The translations under genes and the position numbers were made by a program. This document shows positions 8,905 through 18,281 of a DNA stretch of 26,365 bases, piece by piece. The notes beneath the pieces were generated by a model, which had not been told where the DNA came from, searched no databases, and saw only the letters and a program-made list of their open reading frames with translations. The stretch is from an uncultured bacterium. GTDB taxonomy: Bacteria > UBP4 > UBA4092. Numbering within the stretch: the stretch's first letter is position 1; the number at the start of each line of letters is the position of its first letter. The DNA is taken from the NCBI GenBank assembly GCA_964644695.1, contig CAZXWN010000011.1, positions 62,001 to 88,365 on the forward strand, given 5' to 3'.

Positions 8905-9085
8905 CATAGCATTGTTTAACCGTGGATGGGATGATTGTTTGATTTTACGACACAGCTTCCACAAAATATTAATAATTATTTATTGATTACTAAGGAGGAC
9001 ACCCAATATCGAAGCACACCGAAAGATACAGAACTAGTGTAATGTTTTTTATTTTTAATATTATGTGTAAAGGAAAACGAAACAA

Positions 9086-10750
9086 ATGAAAGCAAGTAAA
9101 CTTATTCTTTTTATTATTCTATCTTTAGTCATAGCTATACCCGCTTTTGCAAAAAAATATAGTGATGCCCCTGCAGGTCAAGGGACATCTACAGTAGGAA
9201 CTGGTGGAGATTATGCAAGCTTAAAAGATGCATCTGTTGATTTCTGTACAACAGCCAATACAGGAAGCTGGACTATTGAAGTATTAAATAATCTGTCTGA
9301 AAGCATGAACCCCTGTTTTGGAAATACTGTTGCTGCAGGAGCTACAATCACATTAAAACCAGCCAGTGGAGTAAGTCCCACAATTACGTTCACTCAGACA
9401 GTTGATGATCCGGGGACAACCCCAACTGGAAGCTTGAAGATTGGTTCAAACTCCACTACAGCTTTATCCGCAATTAAAACTGATCGGTTTGTGATTGATG
9501 GATCAAATAACGGAACCAATTCCAGAGATATGACCATTACAAACAGTGCAGTCACTTTTGGTGCAAGACTCATTAATGTTGTTGGCAATTCTGATGGAGT
9601 TACAATCAAAAATGTAAATATCATTAATAAAGCAACCGGAACCAGTCCCGCAGGTATCGTTTTTAGAACTCAGTTCCCATCCTCTGGAGTATCTGCAGTT
9701 CCAACTAATGGTACACTTCAAAACTGTTACATTATCTGCACCACAGGAACAACACCATACGGTATTCAGTATACTTCTGGTGGAACTAAAGTAGCAGGGA
9801 CATTAGCTATGACAGGAATGTCAGCTATCGGTAATTATATTGAATCAAAACATAGCGGTATTATGGCAAACGGATCCTTGGCAGGCGGCACATTTTCCAA
9901 CAACACCATCCGCATTCGTCAAACAGCAGTAACAGCGGTGTTAGGTTCTGCTTTTTACTTAATGTATGCTGGTGATAATGGCGTTGGTGGAAAAGAACTT
10001 ATATTCAACAACAACCTCTGTGATAGACTGATTTGTCACACCGCCACAACTACAGGAAGTTCTGCTGGTATTTATGGTTTTGGTGCTGAAGGTTCAGGCG
10101 TTGGGACGAACATTAAAGTCTATAACAATATTTTCTCAGGATTCCAATTGGGTGGGACTGGCTCGGCTGTAGGTGGTTTCTTATATCGTGGTATAGCTAT
10201 TTCACACACAAGTGCCACAGTTTTTATTTACCACAATTCTATCAATATGCCTGATGCGCCTTTATATCCAAATGCCGGGTCAAATTCTGGTGCTATCACT
10301 ATGTTTACCGGTATAAGTGCGGCGTATGTGAAAAACAATATCATACGGCAGGAAAAAGATAATAGTCATGCATTCTATTATTCAAGCACTCTGCCCATTG
10401 AAAGCAATAATAATGTTGTTTATGCAGCCAGCAATGCCTCTACAGGTCGATATGGATCAACATCCTATTTATCTTTAGCTGATTGGCAGACAGGTTCCAG
10501 CAAAGACGCTTTGTCACAGTCTGTAGATCCAACAACTACAACCCCGAGTGCTTGGGCATCCGCAACAGACTTGCATTTCAGTCCAGCTGCCGGATGGGCT
10601 TATCCAATGCAAGGTGTTCCTCAAATTAGTGGTATCACTACGGATATTGATGGAGATGCTCGTGCTGCGACCTGCTGGCCGGGTGCAGACGAACATTCTG
10701 GAGTTGAAGTAAATGTTCCTGTTGAGCTCTCAGGTTTTGATACTGAATAA
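9086..10750 (+). CDS. Secreted right-handed parallel beta-helix (pectin-lyase-like fold) protein
   Basis: Signal peptide (IPAFA|K), TVGTGGDYASL start, repeated xNNxI/GI beta-helix coils and TDIDGDAR...PGADE near the end. Terminates in VPVELSGFDTE. Confidence 0.75.
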   Translation: MKASKLILFIILSLVIAIPAFAKKYSDAPAGQGTSTVGTGGDYASLKDASVDFCTTANTGSWTIEVLNNLSESMNPCFGNTVAAGATITLKPASGVSPTITFTQTVDDPGTTPTGSLKIGSNSTTALSAIKTDRFVIDGSNNGTNSRDMTITNSAVTFGARLINVVGNSDGVTIKNVNIINKATGTSPAGIVFRTQFPSSGVSAVPTNGTLQNCYIICTTGTTPYGIQYTSGGTKVAGTLAMTGMSAIGNYIESKHSGIMANGSLAGGTFSNNTIRIRQTAVTAVLGSAFYLMYAGDNGVGGKELIFNNNLCDRLICHTATTTGSSAGIYGFGAEGSGVGTNIKVYNNIFSGFQLGGTGSAVGGFLYRGIAISHTSATVFIYHNSINMPDAPLYPNAGSNSGAITMFTGISAAYVKNNIIRQEKDNSHAFYYSSTLPIESNNNVVYAASNASTGRYGSTSYLSLADWQTGSSKDALSQSVDPTTTTPSAWASATDLHFSPAAGWAYPMQGVPQISGITTDIDGDARAATCWPGADEHSGVEVNVPVELSGFDTE

Positions 10751-10770
10751 GCATTAACTCTGAATACTAT

Positions 10771-10804
10771 AAAAGCGGAAGGGATTAACCCTTCCGCTTT
10801 TTTT
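10771..10804. terminator. Bidirectional terminator
   Basis: AAAAGCGGAAGGG-attaa-CCCTTCCGCTTTT followed by a T-run. Confidence 0.92.
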
Positions 10805-10820
10805 ATTGCAGTGTAAATGT

Positions 10821-11744
10821 TTACTTGGCAGCTTTTTCTACGACATCACCCGAAGCTACATCACCGCTGATTATTTCAGCAGTTGAATATTTCTCTTCCA
10901 CCTCAGTAATTTTAATCTCACCGATGGTGGTTTTCTTTCGTCCTAAAATAGCACCTGTATCAGGATCCACAATCGCTTTGCCTTCTCGGATTACGTTAAG
11001 GACCATCCCTTTTTTAGCACCAGCGGTGGTGCCCATATTAATCGTAACGGTTGATCCATCCACATCAATAACTTTAGCCTTATACAGGCTGACACTGATT
11101 TTACTGGTGAGGTCTTCTACGGCTTTTCGGGTCGCTTTGCCTGGAAGAGAGGAATCCCACCCTTCACTTCCAAACTGGATATTGCCAAAACCGTCCCACC
11201 AATTACCACCACCGAGAGAAACACCCCGGGCGGATTCTTTCCCTGAACCCTGTTCGGCGGCCACAATAACACCTGTAGCAACATCAATGATGCGGACATC
11301 CACCACAGTCCGAGCGGTTTGTGACTTCAGTCCAACATTTCCAAATCCACCTGGGAGTGCCAAACCACCACCCACACCACCTTGAGAGACACCGAACTCC
11401 GTCACATCACCCGTAATGATGTAATTAGCACCAGCCAGTTTTCCTAATACAGATAAGCTTCTCTCATCTGTAATGCCTTCTTCAGCCATTTTCTTTTCTT
11501 TCATAATGGAACGGAGCTTTTCCCGCTCAACAACTTGAAACTTTCCACTTTTAAACAGTGCCGTTGCCAACATAGAGGATATCCCCTGCCCAATGGACCA
11601 TTCTCCACCATAACCACTCCGATTCTCAAAATCCACAACGGCGATCCTCATCATCCCAGAAGAGGCAGCACCCCAGCTGGATGAGACGATAAAACTAGCA
11701 ACCAGTATTCCTGCAATAAGTTGACTGATTCTTTGATATTTCAT
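10821..11744 (-). CDS. CsgG/HfaB-family protein with a FlgT-C-like C-terminal domain
   Basis: RIAVVDFEN, FQVVEREKL, GANYIITGDVTEFG and VDVRIIDVATG; C-terminal TINMGTTAGAKKG...IVDPDTGAILG; signal peptide. Confidence 0.85.
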   Translation of the reverse strand: MKYQRISQLIAGILVASFIVSSSWGAASSGMMRIAVVDFENRSGYGGEWSIGQGISSMLATALFKSGKFQVVEREKLRSIMKEKKMAEEGITDERSLSVLGKLAGANYIITGDVTEFGVSQGGVGGGLALPGGFGNVGLKSQTARTVVDVRIIDVATGVIVAAEQGSGKESARGVSLGGGNWWDGFGNIQFGSEGWDSSLPGKATRKAVEDLTSKISVSLYKAKVIDVDGSTVTINMGTTAGAKKGMVLNVIREGKAIVDPDTGAILGRKKTTIGEIKITEVEEKYSTAEIISGDVASGDVVEKAAK

Positions 11745-11895
11745 CCCGGTATCCTTTCAGTTTAATTTCAAAACTAAGTAATGTTATGTTAGCAAGCACT
11801 TTCCTTTCCAGCAACAGGCATCAAAACAAACCAACGGTCCATGTGGTAAACTAATAGGAATTTAGTGAGATTTTCCCCTGAAAAGAGTACAAATC

Positions 11896-12561
11896 ATGAT
11901 AGATACCCTTATGCACTGGTTTAAGCAAATATACAATGTAGAAATGCTGGTCACACAATTCGGATTAGTGGGGATGACCGCCATCGTCTTTTCCGAAACA
12001 GGTTTACTGATTGGCTTTTTCCTCCCCGGAGACTCGCTTCTTGTGACCTGTGGTGTACTGACCTCCATGGGGGTCTTTAAGTATCCACCATTTTTAACAG
12101 CTGTCGTTTTGTCTGTGGCGGCTATTTTAGGAGATACTGTGGGGTACTGGATTGGCTATAAAGCCGGCGCAAAACTGTTTAAAAAAGAAAAAAGCCTCCT
12201 GTTTAACCCTAAGCATCTGATATCCACCCATGAGTTTTATGAAAGACACGGCGGAAAAACAATTATCATTGCAAGATTTGTCCCCATCATCAGAACTTTT
12301 GCACCTGTGGTGGCAGGGATAGGGAAGATGCACTACCGTAAATTCATCTCCTACAATGTATTTGGTGGAATTGGCTGGATATTCTCCATGATTTATCTCG
12401 GATATTACCTTGGGGAGTTTTTCCGTATCCAGTTCGGTATCAACATTCAGCAACACATTGATAAAGTAATCATCCTGGTCATCGCGGTTTCTTTAATTCC
12501 AATCGCACTTCATTGGTACATGGAAAGAAAACGGAAGAAAAAAGAACAACAAAGCAGTTAA
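11896..12561 (+). CDS. dedA: DedA (VTT-domain) family membrane protein
   Basis: FSETGLLIGFFLPGDSLL, GDTVGYWIG and HGGKTIIIARFVPIIRTFAPVVAG. Confidence 0.95.
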   Translation: MIDTLMHWFKQIYNVEMLVTQFGLVGMTAIVFSETGLLIGFFLPGDSLLVTCGVLTSMGVFKYPPFLTAVVLSVAAILGDTVGYWIGYKAGAKLFKKEKSLLFNPKHLISTHEFYERHGGKTIIIARFVPIIRTFAPVVAGIGKMHYRKFISYNVFGGIGWIFSMIYLGYYLGEFFRIQFGINIQQHIDKVIILVIAVSLIPIALHWYMERKRKKKEQQSS

Positions 12562-12576
12562 TAATGATTCAAAACT

Positions 12577-12617
12577 AAAGACCGTTGGACTTGATATTCA
12601 ATCCAACGGTCTTTTTT
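12577..12617. terminator. Bidirectional terminator
   Basis: AAAGACCGTTGGA...TCCAACGGTCTTT followed by a T-run, between convergent genes. Confidence 0.9.
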
Positions 12618-12635
12618 ATGGGCAAAGTTTTAATG

Positions 12636-13205
12636 TTATTTCTTAAACGAACCCTCAAACGCTATTTCATTAAGCGGTTTGCGCGGACTGGGTCCTTCAA
12701 TTTCCTTGTATTTATCCGGCAATTCAGCAGGGTTCCCCATCTTGCCTGCAGCAATACCGCAGATCACTTCATATTCATCGGCAGGTATTCCAAGAACCTC
12801 CTGAACTTTATCATAGTGAATCCCGCCCATGGCGTGAGTATAAAGTCCCAGGCTTCTGGCTTGTAATGCCAGACTCATCCAGGCAGCTCCTGCGTCAAAC
12901 CGACCGTGAAAATTCTCTTCACCATTCAGCGTAAACTTTTTCTTGGCTAATACAAATATCAAGATCGGCGCTTTATCCGCCCATAACCGATTCATATCCA
13001 TCAATAAGGGCCTGAATTTAGCCAAATCTTCGGGTTTGTAAGCATACACAAACCTCCATGGCTGTTCATTGTAAGAGGAGGGTGCAAATCGAGCCGCCTC
13101 AAATAAGCTTTTAATGGTTGCTTCCTCAATCGGCTCTGAGGAAAAGGCTCTGGGAGACCACCGGTCTGTAAATTGTTTATCCACTTGGATTTCTTTGTCT
13201 GCCAT
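12636..13205 (-). CDS. Nitroreductase family protein
   Basis: RWSPRAF, AARFAPSSYNEQPWRF, FDAGAAW and HAMGG. Start set at ATG 13205 (GAAGGTG RBS). Confidence 0.93.
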   Translation of the reverse strand: MADKEIQVDKQFTDRWSPRAFSSEPIEEATIKSLFEAARFAPSSYNEQPWRFVYAYKPEDLAKFRPLLMDMNRLWADKAPILIFVLAKKKFTLNGEENFHGRFDAGAAWMSLALQARSLGLYTHAMGGIHYDKVQEVLGIPADEYEVICGIAAGKMGNPAELPDKYKEIEGPSPRKPLNEIAFEGSFKK

Positions 13206-13294
13206 GATTTTCACCTTCTGCAAATAAATGATTGTTCTATGGTTGCTTTTACTTTAAAACACACCTTGCCTGTATTAAGTTCCGGTTTCATTCC

Positions 13295-13328
13295 AAAACA
13301 AAACCGGCTCTGTAAACAGGGCCGGTTT
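13295..13328 (-). terminator. Intrinsic terminator of the sigma4/HTH gene
   Basis: AAACCGGCTCTG-taaa-CAGGGCCGGTTT (one imperfect pair) with a U-rich tail on the minus strand. Confidence 0.75.
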
Positions 13329-13356
13329 GATAAAGATTCGATTATATTGGATGCTG

Positions 13357-14694
13357 TTACCGTTTCTCAGGTAACCGCAGATTGTGCTTTTTCAGAACAT
13401 CCGCTAATTCTTTCTTGCTCAAAGTCCCCGGGACAAACATCCGATTGGATAACCGGGTCAGTTTAGCGTTACAGCTGGCGGCAATAATTATTGACGAGGG
13501 TTTGACGACCCGCCGAACACCAATGACTACTTCACGAATGTGGCTCAAGGGAACCGGTGCACCGGTTTCATTCCATTTCTCAGTCACAATTCTTGTGACC
13601 ATGTCCATCAGGTTTTCTGCCGGTTTGTCATAACCCCATTCTCTCAGACCATAAGTGCCACGGGTTCCAATCCAGACAAATCCAAACTCACTGACATACC
13701 GGGGTGCATTTAATGCAGACCGGATAGACCGTTCTGTGCAGGTCCGTTCCGGGAATAAGGCATTATGCGCGCGGAGCAGTTCGGTAAAGTGCATAGGTTT
13801 ACCGATGGAGATAAAGGTCAGATACAACCGTTCGGCCCGGATCATATGCTTCCGGTTATATTTCACGATTTCGCTGGCCAGATACTGAATATCTGAATCC
13901 CGGAGCGGAAGATGGTTGTCCAAATCAAGTTCTTTGGCCAATTGATCAGCATAAATCAGGCATAACCGGATTTTCTCATTCTTGACCACAGCAACTTCTT
14001 TGGCACCCAGCCCCTTCAGTGAGAAACCATAGGGCGGGATATCTTCAAAGGGAACTCGACAGGCTTTGCACAGGAACCGGTGAATTTGATAATCTTTCTG
14101 CCGATTCTTGACAACAAGAGATCCCCCATCTTTCAGGAGTTGTAACAATAATGCGGATAAATAACAGGGATATGCCTGGGACTCTTTCTGCCATACTTCG
14201 CCCCAGAATTTCTCTTCAATCTGACGGACGCGTTCCCGGGTAATCGTATATTTATCACCGATGGATTGCAAAGTCTCAATCTCACCCGTGGCTAAACCCT
14301 CACGCTGTCTCATCATATCAACAGTCCGGGGACTCTGAGTTGCAAATCCTTTTTCAATCCAGGACTTTACCTGCTCATCTAAATTCTGAGCAAAGCCCCC
14401 ATTTTTACCTAATTCGGTCAGGAATCGAAGCGCCAAGGTTTTATTATCGGCCGACAAACTGGCCAATACGCGAGCGATTGGGAAGATGTATTCCCGATTG
14501 TGAAAACTGTTGGCAACCAATCCCAAAGCAGATCCAGCTTCCACTATTTCCGGAATTGAATATCCTTTTTTATTGGATTGGACTAAATCCCCTAATAATG
14601 AGACCAGTTTTGTCTCATCCGTACGATACTGCTTTTTTTCAGCCAAAGTGAAGTTCACTTGGACTAAATGCAAAAACATAGCTGAATCCATCAT
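13357..14694 (-). CDS. Sigma-70 region-4-like HTH protein with C-terminal winged-HTH (HARE-HTH/RNAP-delta-like) domains
   Basis: ETLQSIGDKYTITRERVRQIE (sigma4) and GKPMHFTELL...FVWIGTRGTYGLREWGY. No sigma region 2. Start set at ATG 14694 after GAGGT. Confidence 0.7.
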   Translation of the reverse strand: MMDSAMFLHLVQVNFTLAEKKQYRTDETKLVSLLGDLVQSNKKGYSIPEIVEAGSALGLVANSFHNREYIFPIARVLASLSADNKTLALRFLTELGKNGGFAQNLDEQVKSWIEKGFATQSPRTVDMMRQREGLATGEIETLQSIGDKYTITRERVRQIEEKFWGEVWQKESQAYPCYLSALLLQLLKDGGSLVVKNRQKDYQIHRFLCKACRVPFEDIPPYGFSLKGLGAKEVAVVKNEKIRLCLIYADQLAKELDLDNHLPLRDSDIQYLASEIVKYNRKHMIRAERLYLTFISIGKPMHFTELLRAHNALFPERTCTERSIRSALNAPRYVSEFGFVWIGTRGTYGLREWGYDKPAENLMDMVTRIVTEKWNETGAPVPLSHIREVVIGVRRVVKPSSIIIAASCNAKLTRLSNRMFVPGTLSKKELADVLKKHNLRLPEKR

Positions 14695-14858
14695 ATACAA
14701 AACCTCGTAAATTCAATAAAAACCCTGAAACGTCGGATTTAGGATATTTTTCTTCCGACCACGCTCATGTGGTGGGTTCGTAATTTATTATACCGTAAAA
14801 TGACTAGAAAATGGAACTTTGTCAAATAGGTTAAAATTTTTGGGATAATTCAGATTAG

Positions 14859-14899
14859 AAATAATTGGGGACAGAACAATCTATCAATCTGTCCCCAAT
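14859..14899 (-). terminator. Terminator hairpin after the acyl-CoA ligase gene
   Basis: 12-bp stem ATTGGGGACAGA/TCTGTCCCCAAT. Confidence 0.75.
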
Positions 14900-14906
14900 A
14901 TACTAC

Positions 14907-16676
14907 TTAAGCTTCACTTTTGTCCCCATTATCACTACTCATTGCGGATATTTCCGCCTGGTAATGATCATGGATAACGCGCCGCCGGAGTTTAAGAGTC
15001 GGGGTGATTTCTTCCCGTTCCCAGGAAAACTCATTTGGAACCAGAGTGAATTTCACAATTCGCTCATATTCGGCCAGCTGACGACAGACTATTTTAATTT
15101 CATTGCGAATTAAAGCAATTACATCAGAATTTTTCGCAATGTCTTCATGGCTCATGTTGGCAATATCCGGTTTTCCGTTTGCCTTGGCCCATTCAGTAAT
15201 ATCGTCCCACTGCGGAACAACCAAAGCTGACAGATATTTCTGGTTATCACCAATAACATAGGTTTGATTGATATATTTTGAAGTCTCTAAAACTTGTTCA
15301 ACGGCTTCCGGCCAGACATTTTTCCCTGAAAGTGTGACAATCATTTCTTTTTTACGGCCGGAGATAATGAGATATCCGTCTTCATCCAAGCTTCCTGCAT
15401 CACCGGTGTGTAACCAGCCTTCTTCATCAATTGCCTCTTTGGTCGCTTCCGGATTATTCCAGTAACCCTTCATCACATTGGGACCTTTGACCAGGATTTC
15501 ACCGTCTTCTGCAATTTTTACGGTGATTCCCGGCAGAGGTTTCCCGACGGTACCGATTTTGTGACAGCCTGGATAATTCGCGGAGATGACCGGACTGGCC
15601 TCTGTCATACCATACCCTTGATACAGAGGAACCCCAACTTTACCGAAGAAATTGGCGATTCTATTGGATAAAGGCGCTCCGCCTGAGACGGAAGCCAATA
15701 TACGACCACCTAATCCAGCGCGGATTTTCCGGAATACAAGCATCTCTGCCAGCATATGATTCCAAGTCCCTTTTTGCTGGCGTAAGGCCCAGTTAAAAAT
15801 CCGTTTCTTCTGTTCCCCGGAATTGGCGACTTGATTCACTATATTTTCATGGACCAGCTCAAAAACACGCGGAACAGATACCATGATGGTCGGTTTGATG
15901 TCTTCCAAATTACGCTTCATGGACTTGCTGCGTTCGACATAGGCAACAGTGGACCCGGTCTTTATTAATGGGAAGAAACTTCCGGCCATTCTCTCAAAGG
16001 CATGACTGATAGGTAAAAATGAAAGAAATACATCCTTTTCACCAATCATGCCGTAGATGTCATGGGCTGCATTAATATTAAACAGGAAGTTGTTATGTGA
16101 AAGAGCCACTCCCTTGGGGGTTCCCGTTGTCCCCGAAGAATAAATCAAGGTACAGATATCATCGGGATCCACTTTGGGGAAAGGTTTATCGGATTGTTCG
16201 GCGATGAACTGTGCCCAGGTCATCGTTCTAGGATCCATCTCTTCAGAAGGATCAAAAAAAGTGATGATCTTTGCAACAGAACGAGCTTCACCAATTCGAT
16301 CCCGTATCTTCTTATAAAGCTCCGGAGTAGAGACAAATAAATACCGCGACTCACTATGCTCTATTAATTCCATTAATTGATGGCCACTGAATGTGGTGTG
16401 GAGAGGAACTACAATCGCTCCCGCCAGCATCCCGCCAAAATCAAGCATCGCCCATCTTGGACGATTCTCGGATAATATAGCGATACGATCGCCTTGTTCT
16501 AATCCCAGAGCCATCAGGCTCCGGGCTACTTTTTCAATAGATAAAAGTAGTTCTCCGTAAGTAAGGTCTTCCCGGAGGCGGCCGACTTTAAATCGTAAAG
16601 CCATCTGGTCCGGTATTGTAAGTGCGTGTTCACGAAACGCTTCAGGTAAGGTTGGCATGCTTCTGACTCCTGTCAT
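14907..16676 (-). CDS. fadD: Long-chain-fatty-acid--CoA ligase (AMP-dependent synthetase)
   Basis: AMP-binding P-loop LIYSSGTTGTPKG, QGYGMTE, GWLHTGD, GRKKE and TPTLKLRR. Confidence 0.92.
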   Translation of the reverse strand: MTGVRSMPTLPEAFREHALTIPDQMALRFKVGRLREDLTYGELLLSIEKVARSLMALGLEQGDRIAILSENRPRWAMLDFGGMLAGAIVVPLHTTFSGHQLMELIEHSESRYLFVSTPELYKKIRDRIGEARSVAKIITFFDPSEEMDPRTMTWAQFIAEQSDKPFPKVDPDDICTLIYSSGTTGTPKGVALSHNNFLFNINAAHDIYGMIGEKDVFLSFLPISHAFERMAGSFFPLIKTGSTVAYVERSKSMKRNLEDIKPTIMVSVPRVFELVHENIVNQVANSGEQKKRIFNWALRQQKGTWNHMLAEMLVFRKIRAGLGGRILASVSGGAPLSNRIANFFGKVGVPLYQGYGMTEASPVISANYPGCHKIGTVGKPLPGITVKIAEDGEILVKGPNVMKGYWNNPEATKEAIDEEGWLHTGDAGSLDEDGYLIISGRKKEMIVTLSGKNVWPEAVEQVLETSKYINQTYVIGDNQKYLSALVVPQWDDITEWAKANGKPDIANMSHEDIAKNSDVIALIRNEIKIVCRQLAEYERIVKFTLVPNEFSWEREEITPTLKLRRRVIHDHYQAEISAMSSDNGDKSEA

Positions 16677-16829
16677 AGGGCGCCTTCCGAGACCTTCATC
16701 GAGATCTCGGATCGGTCTGCAAATAGACTTTCAATTTAACTAAAAAGGATAATTTTGTCTAGCATTTGGCTTTCATATCATCCAGTAAAAGACACCCCGG
16801 TGAAAAACAATCTCTCCCTATCCACTCGG

Positions 16830-18095
16830 TCAGCGAGATTGAATCAGCAAAACCACCCAAACTTCACTTCCCGCATCATACCCTACCCCTATCTGGTCAA
16901 ACTGCCGCGATAAGATGCTCTTCCGGTAATCACTTTTTAACCAGTTTTCTACGACCAATTTGGGTTCAGATAATCCCCCTTTGACTATCATTGAAATATT
17001 CTTTGCATTCAACCGGTATCGGGTATTTATGGTGTTCAATATTTCTTCCAGGGCTTTATCCGGAGGGGGAACGGATAATTTCCCGACTAATTGGGCCGCA
17101 TCCCGCCCGGCTCGATTTGTTTCAGACAGAACCAAAAACGATGGAACTCCGTTATCCCGCCGGGTCTGATTCAATAAATCCACCAATTCCCGTTCCATCT
17201 GGGCAATATCAGCTTTTTCAACCTTATGTGTACTCCCAGGAAGTCGGGTAAATAATTGGGTCCAGTTATCCGAATAGGGGTCATATCCAATCCCCATATT
17301 TGTATATCCCGGAGTGAGGATGTTGGCCCGATGTTCAGGACTATTCATCCAGCCTTTGACGACTTCCGCAGCTGATTCCTGGCCTTGAGCAAGGTTTTCC
17401 CCTGCCATACTGTGTTTAACACCCATCGTCGCCAACATATCAAAAGGGGACCCGTATGTCGGACTTTGATGATTAAAATAGTTTTTCACCCGCATATCTT
17501 CCGATTTCAGACGGGCGACCCTGTTTAATTCCGGATCCCATTGGGTGGGCTGTAATCCATATTTCTGGCGTTCTTTGTTCGTCAGTTTCCAGGCCTCTTT
17601 CTCAAACTGGTTGACGGACTCAATCTTCCAGAGAGGGGAATAACCCGTTTTCTTGATCATCAACAAAACCCACGAGTCTCCAGAACGACTGCGGCCTGCC
17701 CCAAAATGAGTCAAACTTCGGGAATAAATCTTTGTGCTGTGTTTTGAATCCCGAATCCATGACTTCAAGGCTATCTCTGGTGTATTTGCACCCTCGACAT
17801 ATAAAAGGGTATATCCACCCTGACGGATGCCGGCTTCTTTGAAATAAGTCTCCATGGATACCGTCGGTTTTTGTCCTCGACTGAAATCCTCGACTCTTTC
17901 CGCTGCCAGCCGATTCAAATCCTTATCAACAATTAATGCGGAGAGTTTTTTCCGCGCTCTTTCCTGATTTACCTGCTTCAATAACGAATCTACGGGACCG
18001 GCTTGACTGTAACGGGGACACAAAAGAAAAGACCCCAGAGTCAACAACACACCTGCTGTTTGAGTAATAGATTTTATGGACCACATATTCATCAC
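16830..18095 (-). CDS. Secreted CAP (SCP/YkwD-like) protein with three CAP repeats
   Basis: Signal peptide; central YFNHQSPTYGSPFDM, AGENLAQG and WMNSPEHRANIL; two flanking degenerate CAP copies. Confidence 0.85.
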   Translation of the reverse strand: MMNMWSIKSITQTAGVLLTLGSFLLCPRYSQAGPVDSLLKQVNQERARKKLSALIVDKDLNRLAAERVEDFSRGQKPTVSMETYFKEAGIRQGGYTLLYVEGANTPEIALKSWIRDSKHSTKIYSRSLTHFGAGRSRSGDSWVLLMIKKTGYSPLWKIESVNQFEKEAWKLTNKERQKYGLQPTQWDPELNRVARLKSEDMRVKNYFNHQSPTYGSPFDMLATMGVKHSMAGENLAQGQESAAEVVKGWMNSPEHRANILTPGYTNMGIGYDPYSDNWTQLFTRLPGSTHKVEKADIAQMERELVDLLNQTRRDNGVPSFLVLSETNRAGRDAAQLVGKLSVPPPDKALEEILNTINTRYRLNAKNISMIVKGGLSEPKLVVENWLKSDYRKSILSRQFDQIGVGYDAGSEVWVVLLIQSR

Positions 18096-18281
18096 AACAC
18101 CTATTTTAGGTCACCTTGTTCCACCGGAGTGTTGCACGAGTGGACATTGTGTGGACACTCTCACATAATTATTTCATTTTTCCGGTGGATTCCTTGTACA
18201 ATCAACCCACTAACCCTCTATAATAAGCCATAGAGAGGTCTTCTTTTATCAGAAGACAAATTGAAGGGAGTCTATAAATCA

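Noticed and set aside
10825-11385. Long alternative-frame ORFs (this one, also 945-1322, 20678-21133 and 23836-24219)
   Set aside because: They overlap well-supported genes, mostly antisense, and show no family motifs.
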